Positions 26,202 to 40,827 of a stretch of 64,000 bases of DNA are shown here, one piece after another. Where the stretch lies: positions 29,368,299-29,432,298 of the forward strand of contig NC_134025.1 in NCBI RefSeq assembly GCF_964204645.1, in the 5' to 3' direction. The translations under genes and the position numbers were made by a program. Under the pieces are notes generated by a model. It saw nothing but the letters and a program-made list of their open reading frames with translations, made no database searches and was not told the origin of the DNA. Source of the DNA: Tubulanus polymorphus (lineage: Eukaryota > Animalia > Nemertea). The first letter of the stretch is position 1. Each line of letters starts with the position of its first letter.

Positions 26202-29200
26202 GCTTATATGATAAGTTCTTGAGAAATCCAGTTGTCCAGGAGCGTCATGGAACGATAGTATCGAGGGGGACTCGACGTCGACTAGTGTTAGGTGTTAGGG
26301 CATATTATCCGATAGGTGTTGCCCCGGTTTCCTGCTCCGGCAACCGTTGGACAATTTCCAGATTCCGTTTCTCGATCAAATTGAATCAATTCACTGCAAT
26401 TATTAGATTGTGTCAATAATGTTCTCCATTTCGTTAAAGCCCGTATCTCGTAATATTCCCGGAATCAGAGCCTGGACTGTGGCTCATGTCGCGGTGGTGC
26501 GCATGTAATTATTCCTTCGCTATATTATTTTCTCGTTCTAGCAAATATTTACACTCAGTAACGGGAGCAGGTGATTTATCATCTTATTTCTAGAGTAAAA
26601 TGTACCGAACTGGTGGATAGATTGTGCGTGAGTGTCCAGTATTGGAACTGATTCATCCTTTCAGACATCTGACGCCACGTTCTCGCAGTTTTTCAGATAT
26701 TACTCGCTCGATTTCGATGATTATGCAAATAGTTCTAAATCATTATTATGACGTGTACGCTGGGAATTATTCCATGTATTTCTGAATTTCATTTCTCTTC
26801 GTGGAAAGACTTAAACAATCACGTAATGAAACAATGAAAACTCGCGTAGGTGCTGAGGATGTTTGCCATTAGTCATTTATCCAATTATTGCTACGTTCAC
26901 TGGACCCGATTTGTAATTGGTAACGTTCAAATAATGCGTAGGACCACGCTGATAAAAACCTGTATCTATAATCAATGTCATTTCCCCCTTAAAGTCGCAT
27001 CTACTCGAGCGAGACGGGGGCAGATTCCATGGTTGCGTCTCGTCAGCAGTGAAAAATGCAAGATGGCGCCGTTTCAGCGGCTTCAGATCGAATGAATATG
27101 ATACCGGAAAAGGGAAATGGCATTAGATTTCTTTTGAATGTGGGAGAGACAGGGTCCATCTATCGAAGTCGCTTCTTTCTCGCGATATGAAATACAGCGG
27201 GAAATGTCTATATACCAGTTAATTATGAAGGACGTCAGATGTCGAGCTTTACGGATAGACGACTGTCTCACACGAGACAAAAACAACAAATCAGATCGAG
27301 TTTCGGTTTCTAGTCCCCACACCTGGTTTTTATCGGCTGAGAATGTTTCTGGTGGAGTCGTGTTTCTGTGTTCTCTATTGCGGGAGCCACGAGAACCGGT
27401 CGACCTCGAAAATCTGTCGCTACGGGTATTCGAACCCCGTGAACCTTGAGACGGTGGAATCCGACAGACGAGCGCGGAAAGATTGTTCATCTCCGCTTAC
27501 AATATCAACACAATCTCGTGTCTACTTCACACTATTGTATGATATCTATAAAGATGCGACCAAACAGGTGGACATCGCTCGGTGAACACATTAATACAAA
27601 TGGCTGCCCACTTCGCCGCAAATATGTCCCGATCCTGATTAACACTCTCCAGACCTGCGCGAACATCCATCCAGTCGATAAAGCCGCTTAGTTTGACGCA
27701 GATAAGCCCATTAGATCGAGAATGGTTTAATGGTCTTTCTTACTTGCATTCGTATTTTGACATTTCCTCCGCGTTATATAAGTTGAATCCTTGAAGCGCT
27801 TCTTCTATATCTAAACAATTGACGTCGTCAGTATCAGATAGATAACCCGGTTACTCGAATGTCTAACTTCAACGATTAAGTATGAGATTTCAGAAATGGT
27901 AAGGTGATATATTTCTAGGTTATGACCCTATATTCGAGATAATAGCCACGCCATTTCTTTGAAAAGTTTTCAGAAAAAAATTGCCACTGAACTGGTGGGT
28001 ATTTATGAGTAGGATTTTCCGGGGGAAGAATGACATTGGTTGATCATTAGCCATGCACGTAGGCATTCTTTACACGACTTCTTCATGTGAATTCTACCAC
28101 TTTTAGAAAGAATATCGTTCAATCCTAATGATTTATTTCACTATCTCTAGTTAGAAGACGGATTCGCTTTCTCACTCAGTGTATGGTATATGAAGATTTT
28201 TCATTTAAAAATTGATTTACTCATGAGAAAATTTGACTCGAATTTAATTGATTACGTAAATTGATTTATTTACGATTTTATTTACACTCTAACCATTTCC
28301 ATGGTATATGCAGGAAAACTATTATTCATGTATATACAAATATTAACAAAACTGTGACCCAGTGTCACTAGCGAACCTGGCGGATCGATGCAGAATCCTC
28401 GCTTGCCAGAGTGGCGTTGCTGGTTTCTCATTAACACTCACCAGTTACTGAAACTATAACGACTGATAGTCGTAGACGTTGTCGCAGGTGACAATTTCGA
28501 TGGGGTCGTATGCGTAGGAGACGTTGCTCAATCATTCATTCGCGTCATTTTATCCAGCAATGTTTCCTGCTAAGCACGACTCGAATACATTTGGTCTACC
28601 ACTGGTCATTAGAGCAACATGGATTTGACCAGATGACGCGTTTAGATAGATAAACGGCTAACAGTCAGACGTGGTAGTTTACAGGTGATGAATTATCATA
28701 ATACGCAGTCGAAAACCCGGGTAAAACAATGCGCCAAGACGTTATGTGAATAAAGTCTTGAAATTCACCATCGTCGATGCATTGAATAAATTAATGACAT
28801 AGCTAAAAAATCAGCTTCAAAATCTAATGAATCCAAATCCAGTTTCGTCGTTTTTGAAGTCATTTTCATATCATGTTTAAAACATCCAATATGGCGTAGT
28901 AAACAGACGATGACCTCGCGTGTATCACTACGCACGTTTTGATAAAGTTCCGATGTTTGTTACGCCTTTTTTCCACTTGGTTTCCAGGTTTAGTCAAGGG
29001 TGTTCCGACTCACGTTACAAGATTCTATGAAAATGTCACATTATTTATTTTTGCTTTTTATTACATCTGTGCTCGGATTCAACCCATTTACGTAGACAAT
29101 AAGTCGCAAGAAAAAGCGATTCTAGGGAAGTTATTGCCAGGCGAGAAAGGAATAATGTTAGTTTCTAATGAACTGAATTCATTTACGGCTTTGAGACTAA

Positions 29201-32200
29201 ATGTACATCCGTTTATAAGCCGTTCCTATACGTACCAGCTGCTCTGATTCCCGCACGCAATCAAGCATGTCTAAAGCGGGACGAAAATTGAACGGAATTG
29301 AATAATAGCACATTTACTGTGATGGGATCTTCGGAAAAGTGGAACCATCGCACGCGATGTGAAAGTGGTTACTAGCGAAATTAGAAATGCATCGCAGAAA
29401 AAGAGTGTCAGTAAAAGGATGAAATATCCACCAGACAATGAAGTAGCAGTATGACTTTATCCTACTAAATGTCGTGACAGCTTTATTCAAAGTAGATTTT
29501 GATCTTTACTTGAAGAAAAATTTCGCCTAACCGATAAAAATCGAATGCGACAGATTCCCATATCTACTTATAACTGCAAAATATCATACAACATAATCTT
29601 GATGAAACTCTCTGAGAGTTATATCTTAAAGCATGTAATGAACAGTAGAGTCGCATGACAGGTTTTTAACGCCAGATATTATTCTATTTCGAACAGGTAC
29701 AGACAGATACGCGTTGAAATCCCTCCTATAAAACACGCTTCAGCCTATTACGAAAGCTGATTGAATGTGAGGATGAAAGCGAGCTCTGAAACAGTCTCGT
29801 CGTCTACGTAAGTCAATATTTCTGTGTTCGAATAGGAAATTAATAGCAAATTTCCGTCGCCGAGTTATGCGCTGCTTATTCAAAATTGAGGTAGGAATTT
29901 CAACGATACTTTTATTGGATTTTGTAATTGTCCGCTTAGAATACGACATAACACCAGGCGAGTTACAACACTTGCTTATCATTAATATGAATAACTCGAT
30001 TTCAAAACGCATCAATTTTGAAAGGTCTTTTCCATCGGCGAATTTGAGGTAAACCGCTGCTAATTGAAGCCAGCTCCTGTGCTATTCCTATTCCTATAAT
30101 TAGTTTGGCGCGAAATTTGTTTGAACGTTATACTATAGTTTCGCTCTCCCTGCGCAGTCCTCGGGGGCTCGCGCCTGTAATAATCCTGATTTTACGACAA
30201 ATTTTATGTGAAACGTCCTCATAAAACAATTCCCTGACTGTTTAATTTTAGCGCTATATTCTCTATGTAAGTCGCAGATGCCGTGAACATCAGGTGCAGC
30301 GATCACAACATCAGATGTGTTCGCATTAGTTGCAGTTTCTTTGATTTTTTTAAACTTGATGTATAGTTAATAATGATGTCTTTAATCCCGTGAGATTCGG
30401 TTCTAGACACACGAACATAAATCAAAAGATTCTCTACCTAGTTTTTCTGAAATTGTCATCTTCGTCTTTTTGAATGGTTTGTTTTAAATGATTAGCGCGT
30501 ATATTGCTTTGTGTGAAATGCGTGATGTTACCCAATGAACGGCAAGATGCCTCATTAGACTCAATTTTCTTTTCTCTGCTGCTGAAATTAGTCAATTATT
30601 TACGGTTTGTTTCGTTCTACAATCCCTAATTAGTGACGTCACTTGAAAGAGACTTCATTCGCAAGACAGATTTTTTACTTTTGAATTCAATTGGTTTGTA
30701 TAACCCCTATATATAAGGTATATTTCAAATGCTGATGGTGAATTGTGGCGTTATAAGTAGAATTCCCCTGCAATTCAACAATAAAATTTCCCACCGTAAA
30801 TCAAACTTAAGATGTCTGTAACGTGTCAACTGTCTGGAGCGAAAACATTAAGTTGATTTCAGCGAGCAATATATTATGGTTAGATTGGTTGCGTTATGTC
30901 CTTCACTCCTAATCCTTAACACACAAAGGGAGTCTGCAAATTGTTGCCTTCGAGCACACTACAGATTAGAACATGTCTGTGATAAAAGCGCCCCGCGTTA
31001 TCAATAGCGTTTTGCTCTTATGACAAATTTTCTAGATTTCTAGTTACACAGTTTATTAATCTGCTAATATTGCATACGAGGAGTGGCTTTTCTAGTCACA
31101 TTGCACTTACTTTTTTATGTGCACGTTCGTATATCAGTCAGAATCTAGATCGGGAAACTGTCCAAATGATGTATTTCGAAACTCAACCGTACGAATATGA
31201 ATTAATGATTTACGCGGTAATTAATTTGAATTGAAATATGACTGGATATTGTATTGAAATACGACTACGCGAACTCGATGATAAACTGTGAAATATTTAC
31301 CGTTTTCGAAATCGTCTTTATTAGAAAAAAACCCAAACAATACGTCACCGAATATGTGAATTCATTGTCGTAAAACTGGATTTTAATTTTTGTTGCAATG
31401 TTTGCAAAGTATTTCAAACTTCGAATCAAAGCATCATTTATTGGCTAGGAACGTCAACGATCAAATAACGCTCGTGCATGGACTTAACACGAAAGCTGCA
31501 GCGCTTTTGGATCCGTAGAAACTACAGAAAACAATTTATCTAATGGATCATTCAATCTATCTAATTGGTCATCGATATGATTTTGGATCATTCCCAATAT
31601 ATTTAAAGATTCGCGTAGGACGGAGAGCCGTATCAGTTTACCTGTCATGTGTCCTTGGCTGCACCGATCATTTAACATCGTGCGCGTAAAAATAACGGAA
31701 ATGGTGCAAATGCAATTTTTGCATAAGCTGATTGAAAATTAGCACATATTGCTGTAATACTATTTATACGGCAGACATAGACCTAAGGTCTATAGAACTA
31801 CGTGTAGTTGCTGTCGTGAAATATGAATAATGAAGACTCATTTAAATTGATACATGTCACTGCGGTAGAAAAGATGATAACAATTTCAGATATGTCAACG
31901 TGTCGTATACCGATGTGTCTAATAAATACATGATTTTCCAACTGGATGCAACCATTCCGCTACATTGACCGCTATCAGACGGAATATGCCGCCGTGTTGA
32001 AGTTCTAATACTATGCTCGATCAATTCTGACGCTTGTTTTTACATCAGTTATGACAAACATTAGAGACAAGCCCTCAAAAACGCAGAGACGCGGCTTTAA
32101 GTGCAGTTTTGTCAAAGATGCGCCATGTTAGGGTTTTGATCATTTCATATCGCTTCTCTCTGGGGAACGGGTGTGGTTGTTATACCACGATTATACATAG

Positions 32201-33189
32201 TTTTTGTAATCTTTTTTCATGTAATCAGCATTGAACATTTTAGTCAGGTACATTTTATGTTAATTTCACGGTAGTGCTTTTTTGCTATTGCTAGTAATTT
32301 GCCAAACGGTTCTGTGTGTTTAAGGCAGAGATGCATCGTCATTCAAAGCAGTTTGGCTGAGAGACGCAATTACTGAAACAATCGATCACCACGAAACTGA
32401 TGGATTTTTTCTGTCGAAAACCAAATTGAAATCCACCACAAACCCTCAGGCCGCAGACTGATATAACAATCTCGAATCATTACAACAATTTTGGAGGGAA
32501 ATTTGCAAAAACTAACATCAATGAATACATCATTGGTTCATGTTTACCGTATCAAATTTGTGAATTATGATTGAATCTTTGATTCGAACGCAAATAGATA
32601 ATCGTTACGTTATTGAGTTGTTTATCTACCGCCTACTTCAAGTTCGTAAAGGTGACATTGGCGAAATTGACGCGCGCCGAGAATATGCGAGGGTTGTAAA
32701 TGGCAAAATAAGTGGCTTTTCTCGGGTTCTATCAACTTACAAATAAATCTGAGATGGTGATTTAGTGTGTATGTTTTACGGCCAACGGGTGTCATCGAGT
32801 CGAATAATACTGCTATTATATGATACAGTAGTCGCTAGTTTGTCGTAATGCTTACAAGACAAATAAGCTTTCAGTAATCTTACGTAGTTAGTGCCGGGAT
32901 TATTCATAATGATGATTCAGTCCACGATTTTCAGTAATATATTACGATTTTCTGCAGTTCGTGTCAAGACTTCTGATAAGTAGAATGTCAGTAGCACATC
33001 GCGCGAGCCTCGCGATGCCTGCGGCGGAAACAGCAGAACACAATAACTTTGTTTACAGATCCGTAATAACACAACTTCCTGGAATATGAGAATACTAAAA
33101 AATTACGAGTAATTGTAGGGATCGGTGCAACATTATACGCAATCACGTTTCGGTATAATCCATGCGAGGGTACGTCAAGTTGTCCCATG

Positions 33190-33471
33190 TTTTCTGACTT
33201 AGAGCAGGCTAGTAACATTAATATTCAAAATAATAACGTGAGTTATCAACATTATCCATTTAATGCTATATTATTTGTCACAAGTCAAATTGCTAATTTA
33301 AGTCAACCTCTAATTGCTAAGAATTTACTTTTTTTCATGAAAGTTTCAGGTTTGGCTGTGTTTAAGTTTAAGAATAAACAAAAAAAACTACTGACAAATT
33401 TCAAATTTTTTAAAATTTCTCTATTCTTGATAAATGACTGTGTGGCTCGTAGTGTTGGTCCGACCCCTTAA
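33190..33471. mobile_element. Possible Kolobok-like element fragment
   Basis: Very AT-rich, CpG-poor block unlike its flanks, ending GGTCCGACCCC|TTAA; left end not found. Confidence 0.3.
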
Positions 33472-36400
33472 ATTATAATAGTCATCAATGTAGCTCTTTT
33501 AAGAAAAACATATTCTTCTTTTTTCTTATTTTGGTTTCGACAACAATTGCCAATTTTAATGGAAATCTCGAGATAAGGAAAAAAACAACGATAAATCTGA
33601 TAAGAGAGATTTATGTATGTAAGCGTACAATCCCCGAGTTACCGCTCGGAAATGGTCCATTGATTGAGTTTGTCGCTTATTTTCGCCAAATATCCTCGAG
33701 AGATGGGACCAATTTTTTACTAGTTTGTCTCTACTTAGCGTCGGATAATGAAGTAATGTTTCAGTCGAAGCAGCGACAACGACACGATTAGTTTATTTAT
33801 ATTCGACGGTCATTAAGCGTTCAGTATCAGTAACACGTGGAAAGTATCCGCGAAATTTCTTTAATTCAGATGATGAATGACAAAAGCGCCTAAAAACGGG
33901 AGTTTGCCACAAATAAATTTGCTCTGTAAATTTCCCAAATGAACGCTTCGTATGATAGGAATTCCCGAGCGATGCCGGTTATTATTTCGCACACGAACGA
34001 CTTTAAAAGGAGCCTTCAAGGTTTTGTTTTATACGGCGGACAATACATTTGAGAATTGAGAACTCAATGAGCATCAATAACAAACGTGAATTAGTTCAAT
34101 CAAACTAAAATATGTTCAATCTCAATACAATTTAAAATCGAACTATAAATCTAGTAGTTTTAATCGGCTAAGTGAATGACATGGTGTAAAATGTGGTTGT
34201 AATAGGCTTCCCGGTGCCAGGTTCGTTATAAGTAGTTACTCGGGGACCGTTCCATCGACGACGTTAAGCTTACAACGTTAAGTAATTATACGTTATCGTG
34301 ACCAATAAAGCTGTTAAGCTGTTTCGTGAGGCCCTGACCAATTCGCAATCCTTTCAATAGAAACAAAATCTAATCAAATTTTCTTTCGAATGAAAACCGT
34401 ACGATATACCGAATATACATAAACCGCAAACCCAGGAAACTAGTTTTTTTACTAACGTCAAATCGCCAAGTCATTTGCAGGCAAAGCTAGACTTACGGCA
34501 AGCGCATTAGTAAAACAGAGACGGTCGATCCTGATGAAAAGATGCGTGGGTTGTCCGTCAGTATCGATCAACACAACAGACAGACCAATAATTCATCAGT
34601 TGACACCTGGTCACTGAAATAAATCAACCGTAATTTCAATCGACTCTGATTCGAGCTGCCATACGACAGTCGTCGCAAGTAATAAGATTATTGAGCGATT
34701 AGCTACCGACGAGAACGTGTAAGAAATAATAGCTGTCTGTACACGTAGTAGGCGTATAGACAACACGGAATACTTTTCCCCAGAAAGTGGAACATGGGTT
34801 CTTCGTTTTGGAGGAATGATCAGATTTGCACAAATACATAATACATCTAATCTTCTTTAGATCTATTTTTCAGTCTAAGGTTTCAAGATACTTTTAAGAA
34901 AGAAGATTTTTGATATTTTATTCATACGGCTACTTAAGCCGTGCAGACGAATTTCACTCTCATTTTTATGCGTGTCTGTGGCTTGGTTTCGAACGGCAAA
35001 TCGCTTTGTGGCCACCGCGGAGAGTCCCGGTGTTCATTGCCGCATTGGACGTAAACCATCGGTAAAACCATTATTGGCCGTAAAACGATAGAATTCTTAC
35101 TAATCCAACAAGGTCAGGGCTTAATTGTATTTACTCAATTAATCGAGCTTGTTTTCGAATGATTTCAGGTTCACGCGAGGGTCACTTCTTATATTAGTTC
35201 GAGAAATAAAACCTAGCAGTTCTCGATTAGTGTAGAATGGAGGCCGTGGGGACTGTTTTCGCCGTTGTATCGCCTAAACGCGAAATGAAAAGTCTTGACA
35301 CAAAAAGTGCGCAGGATTAAACGCGCATCGGGGTGTAATAATGAATTGATTTAATGTCTTCGGGGAACGGCTTTCATAAATCGGGTAAGATTCATACTTT
35401 GAAGGGGTGAAATTATCCCAACTAGCGAAACCGCGACGCACAGTTACAGAGCACGAATCTTTGAAATCATCACGTGGATTATGTGATGGATTAGATGTTT
35501 CGAGTTGTTCAGAAAACCGCATTCACCGCATCCACCGCATTTACAACCGCCGCCAGATATTCAATAATTATATCACTTTCATCGACTCAAGCGAAAAAAA
35601 GTTTTAATGAATTTCGATATTGGTATTTCACGCATCCCTTTTTTCAGTCACGTCATTTTTAAGTATTATTCGCTTTTATAGAAATCTGTGAACAGAACAA
35701 ATAAAACCTTCGCTAAACAAACCTGGCGTTAATTATTCAACGGAATTGTTTTCAATTTACAGTTCGCCGCAAATTACAGATGATGCGAGTTGGTTGACGG
35801 TAAATCAATACCGCCGTTTCTTTGGTCAGTTTCGTTTTACCGAAATCAACCAGAATCGGTTGAATACTATGTGTCGGTATATCGTAAAGATTTAGATAAA
35901 TCGTTTATGCATATATTGCATTCGCTGCTATACGTTTGAGATAAGAAGGAAATGAACGAGCGAGTTTTTGGCGCCGGACCACACACCGGTTTCACTAATC
36001 CAAGCTCGTGTATTTCCCGTTCTGTCATCGGTAACACGGCACGGCATGCGATAATATGCTGTAGTCTGTTCAGATTGCGTTGAGTTGTTGTCGGGTTTGT
36101 ATAATGAATTAGCGGATGTACAGAGCGAAACATAATTCCGGAGTTGTACTTAACGTTTACCAATTTATATGCGTGTATATGCCTCGCATACGCAATACAT
36201 ATTCCGTAATGCTCAATATATAGATATTATATACTTTATCGCGAGAATCACATATCATCAGTTCATCCATTAATTAATTCAGTGAAAGTCCAGCTTAATT
36301 CAGACAGTAGCGAATGTACGAGAATGTATTTGTAAAGCGGTCTAATGGATTCCTGGAATTCCAAGCGTTTCCGGTATAAATCCGCGTCTTCTGTAATAAA

Positions 36401-38395
36401 AACACAAAAATGGATTTTACAAAGACGTACATAAGCCACCAGAACTAATCATAATCAAAACCATGGGTCAATTTTTAAAGATTCAATAACTATTTTTATT
36501 TCTTTCGCTTTTCGATGGGAAAAAGATGTGGGATTATTATAATTTTCTAGATTTTATCTACTTCGGTTATTAGAAAGTTTTTTCATCATTGGACGCTCCT
36601 CCTGTTGTAGAGCCTTATGGCTCGAGGTGTCTCCTTTACATTCAATTTATATTAAATGTAATTTAACGTATTGTAATTGTCATTGAGGTGAAAATGAATA
36701 CATCGATCCATTCATTATAAGATATTGAAAAAACGGATGTGATACATTTATGTTTGTCTATTTGAAAACGAGTTTGTGGAATTTTCAAATCGTTTTTCTT
36801 TGTTTCTTGCAGTCTTTGTCTATTTTCATTCCTTCCGTTCGATGGGAAATTAGATTTATACAATAATGAAAAGATCGTGATCAGTTTCTCCTTCTAAAAA
36901 TAAGTTTGGTGGGATTTTCAACTTTTTATTGTTTGTATTCTATACGCGTCAATCTTTTCGTCCTTTCGCTCGACGATAAGTTGATAATGAAACGTGTATA
37001 TATGATATGCTATTGAACAGAATACAGATAAATGATTTCGGGGTTTCTGTAGGAAACGAACGTTGTTCGAATGCGAACTCCAATGACAACGGTAAATTCC
37101 GCGGCAAATCCATAAATACAATTACCGAACAGATAAAACTGTCCGATCAGTTTGTCGGCCAGTTTGATTTATCCGCAGCCGAATGTTTCGTATACCGATT
37201 ACCGACACACCTAAACAAATAACCTTTTCATATAAAACTTCGATAGAAACACATTTGACTCCAAAACATTAACATCGGTTTGATTAGATAAGATAAATAA
37301 GATAAACAAATGAACTTTTATGTATTTATTTCAGTTTGTAAAATACACCTCAAAATGTGGATTTTATCGCCACTGAAGTGAATCAACGCTATATAACTAA
37401 ACAAAGCCGAACATGTTCATTTAGTTAATGATTCTCGTTGATTCTCGTTTATTCTCGTGGGATTTTCTCGTAAAGCGGAAAGTTGATGACTGGGAGAAAA
37501 CATGTGCAGTTCTTTCGAAAAGACACGTTTTATAAACAGATAGACACCAGCCTGGGATACAATTCGGCCTTAAAACGCGAAGATGTTTATTCTTTGTGAT
37601 TTTTCCGTCAGACAGAGGCACAAACCACTGCACAGAAAACCAGCTCTTAAATAAATGCGATGAATTCTACGAATTTTTATTAGGTGCTGTCAAAGCTCGT
37701 GTTTGCATGAATAAAAAATTCCAATTTGTCCAAGTTCTAATGTTTCTACTTTCACTTGATTTACGACGGTTGAAATTCGAGATCATTTTCGTGGCAAAAA
37801 TAAACTCTGGAAATAAATTGCCTACACGAAAAAATTGTGTTCAACACGAAATTCCAATGATATCGAAAAAGTAACTATCGCGTCGAGTTAGTTTTAAGCA
37901 CTGATGCGGAAGAAGGGTTTTATTCGAGGAGATATCGAGTGGTTTTTCTAGCTGGTGCTCATTAGATACAGAATCACCTCCCATCTCACCTCACGTGACG
38001 TTACATAACAAATACAGACGAACACATGTTGAAAAATAACGTCTATTAGAAGATGATTAATATGGTTATGGTGTTGACGTGTTTTCACGGGGGTCCCATC
38101 GTACCGTTTCGTGGACGCAGATTTGTCGATGATTCATATGGAGCTGATGGTGAGTATTTTCCACCTAGTTGGGCACGGTGAGCACCGATTTGTCTTCCAC
38201 ATTCAAGAGAATAATCGACTACTCGTAAAACTCGCTTAAATGGAGCGCGATGATTCGATTCGCATTACAAATAATCCGTCAAATCCTTCTACTTTATTTT
38301 GTACAGAGAATTATTCATAATCCGTATTTTCCGTGTTCATTATATAATGAATATTTACATTCGCAAAGCTGAAAAAAAATTACGCTGTAACGACC

Positions 38396-38443
38396 GACGA
38401 CGACGATGATGAGGATGATGATGATGATAGTGATGATGATGAT
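38396..38443. repeat. Imperfect (GAY)n trinucleotide microsatellite
   Basis: GACGACGACGATGATGAGGATGATGATGATGATAGTGATGATGATGAT. Confidence 0.9.
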
Positions 38444-38580
38444 GGCGATTGGAATTGTAGAGAAGCTGGGTTAACCAGGTATCTAAACCAACCACATGTA
38501 ATAAATACTCTGTATTGTATTTTGAATTACGAGCTTGTGCTACTATTGTATAATGGCTTCAGCCGGTATATGAATGAGTA

Positions 38581-38619
38581 GATGATGATGAAAATGATGA
38601 TGGTGATGATGATGATGAT
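38581..38619. repeat. Imperfect (GAT)n microsatellite
   Basis: GATGATGATGAAAATGATGATGGTGATGATGATGATGAT. Confidence 0.9.
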
Positions 38620-40725
38620 TTTTTTCACCGTGTGACAGTAATTACGTGTAAAGGATAACGTATTGAGTGTAAGCGTCTATTAAGAGTCAGTAATATTGAT
38701 ACATTTCCTATCTGTATTAAGCAAGGAGAGAATTTGGAGTGATTTTTTATCGAACTTTTCATCGTCGTGACTTAGTTTAATAAGTCTCTACCCTGTCAAG
38801 TCAATGCTACTCGAGATTTTCAGTTGCTCATCCGTTCCACGTCACACTGAGTGGACTCCGCCATACTTCACATTGTTCCGCGCATTTATACGCATCTTAC
38901 CCATCATCCCGCGCGCGAAGCGTTTGCCAACGAATTTGTTTCCGGTTCTTTTTTCGAGAATCTGATGCAATTTGAAGCTTTAACAGTTGCTGCCGTCCAG
39001 TTTAAGAGTAGTTCTTTCCAAGAGAGTTTAGAGAATAAATACTCGACTCAGGAAAAGTTCGCCTACGTGGTTTCGGTATTCGATAGGTTACAATGACTCG
39101 ATCAACTCGCCTTATGTCAGTTCTCTGAATCGCATAGATTTACATGAGTTTAAAATTGCCGATACAACTGGATTTTCTTACGCAAAAATAATTATACTTA
39201 TAACTTAATTTACCAATATATGAATTTGTTACGGTTTTACAATTTACCTGTACGTAATTCCGCCCGATGACATTTATCTGGTCTCAATTTACTTCAATTT
39301 CTTATGGTTTTAGTCTTCGAGGACGGGATGAATCTCTATCAGTTTTTGTCCGCGGATGTTTCAATAACGCGTTGCCTTACATAATTGAAAGGCCGAAGGT
39401 CTGCACCAAAAATGGCGGATACCCTTGAAAAGCTGGGGAAACATGTCGATGAAAATCATAGCACAGAACCAAAGAACATCGATGATGAGTGGTGATAAAT
39501 ACATATATACATGTATTTATTCACTCAGAGCAAACGGACGGTATTTGTTGTCAGCATTTATCATTTATAAAACAATCCACTCCACCTCCACGCAGCAAAG
39601 AAACCTTAGAAATTTATTATTTATGCGATAAACACGAGACTGAACCCCATTAAACGGCTGATAGACTGGTAATAGGTGATTATATAGCCCGGGGTTTACT
39701 TTGATCGCATTTACTCATAAATGCCATCATGATTCACGTCTATCAGCAGAAATCAATCAGACAGATCCGTCATCCTCTCAATCGATAAACAAACCTGATC
39801 ATCTCACCGAGATAAACCGAATTTCATCTTCGGTATTTCGGTATTTCAATTGCGCTATCGTTAGTGAATATCCGAGTAGAGGCTCCCTGTGTATAAAAGG
39901 GTTTAGATTAGGGAAATTAAGCTAGATATTCTATGCCTATCTAAGGAGACAAATCCATCGAAAATGACACTGCCCTCGGCAATGTTCTACTCAGAAAAAT
40001 TGCGGAATCTTACAAACTTTATTTTTGTTCGTTTCGGGAGGAATTCGCTGTTTTCGTTTTTGTGATCGGTCCTCCGAATGAAGGCAAAGTATATATACGG
40101 TAATAATGATATATATGCTCTATAAAGTGACCTCGTAATCTTAGCACGTTATTAATCACGAAACTGTGTATAACTGCTTCACCGCGACTCGAAATATCGC
40201 TCTCAAGACTTTTAGACGTCATTCTCGATAATAAGCCTTCAGCCTCCTTCTGGCCACCAATTTACCGTAAATTGCTCGACAAGCAAAGGTCGTGCCACTA
40301 CGCCCGAGTCAGGTTGACTATTAGCGGAGACGAAGTGTCTCGCTACCCGCAGGAGTATGGCGCATTGGCGCGGTTAGATTAACCGGTCCTAATGACAACT
40401 CTAGATTGACTAAGATGAATGTAGTGAGCAATGCGTAGATCAATGTTCGTTTGCTAAATTGACTGATGAAACTCGCATACAATGAACACGTGGAATGAAA
40501 CACAACGAAAAGAAGGGATCATTATCGACCAGACCAAATTGCTTCATCTCAACCGTTACAGACTTCTTCCAGCCCAAAAACCGGTGATTAGATGCCCGGT
40601 AAGAATAGAGTGAATGGGGAAGAAAGATGAATACTGAATTGGCTCATGTCCTATATGCATTGAGAATTGCAAAGTTCTAGAAAAGACGTCAAATTGTCCA
40701 TTTCACATTACATTTTAGAATGCAG

Positions 40726-40827
40726 GGCCCAGTTCTGCCTGTCCCACTTCAACCCGGGGGCTCACAATTAAAAATGAATTGAATTAGACCCCGGGTTCAA
40801 GTTGATACCAGTCTATAAAACCAGTCC
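40726..40827. mobile_element. Degenerate ~100-bp palindromic MITE
   Basis: Starts CAG|GGCCCAGTT; internal inverted arms CTTCAACCCGGGGG / CCCCGGGTTCAAG; ends TATAAAACCAGTCC. Confidence 0.5.

Noticed and set aside
27083-27691. Cluster of overlapping 80-135 aa ORFs on both strands
   Set aside because: Locally higher GC explains the open frames; there is no domain signature or coherent splice model.
38396-38478. Poly-Asp coding exon (DDDDDEDDDDDSDDDDGDWNC...)
   Set aside because: There is no good acceptor or linked exons, and a second GAT run nearby indicates simple microsatellites.
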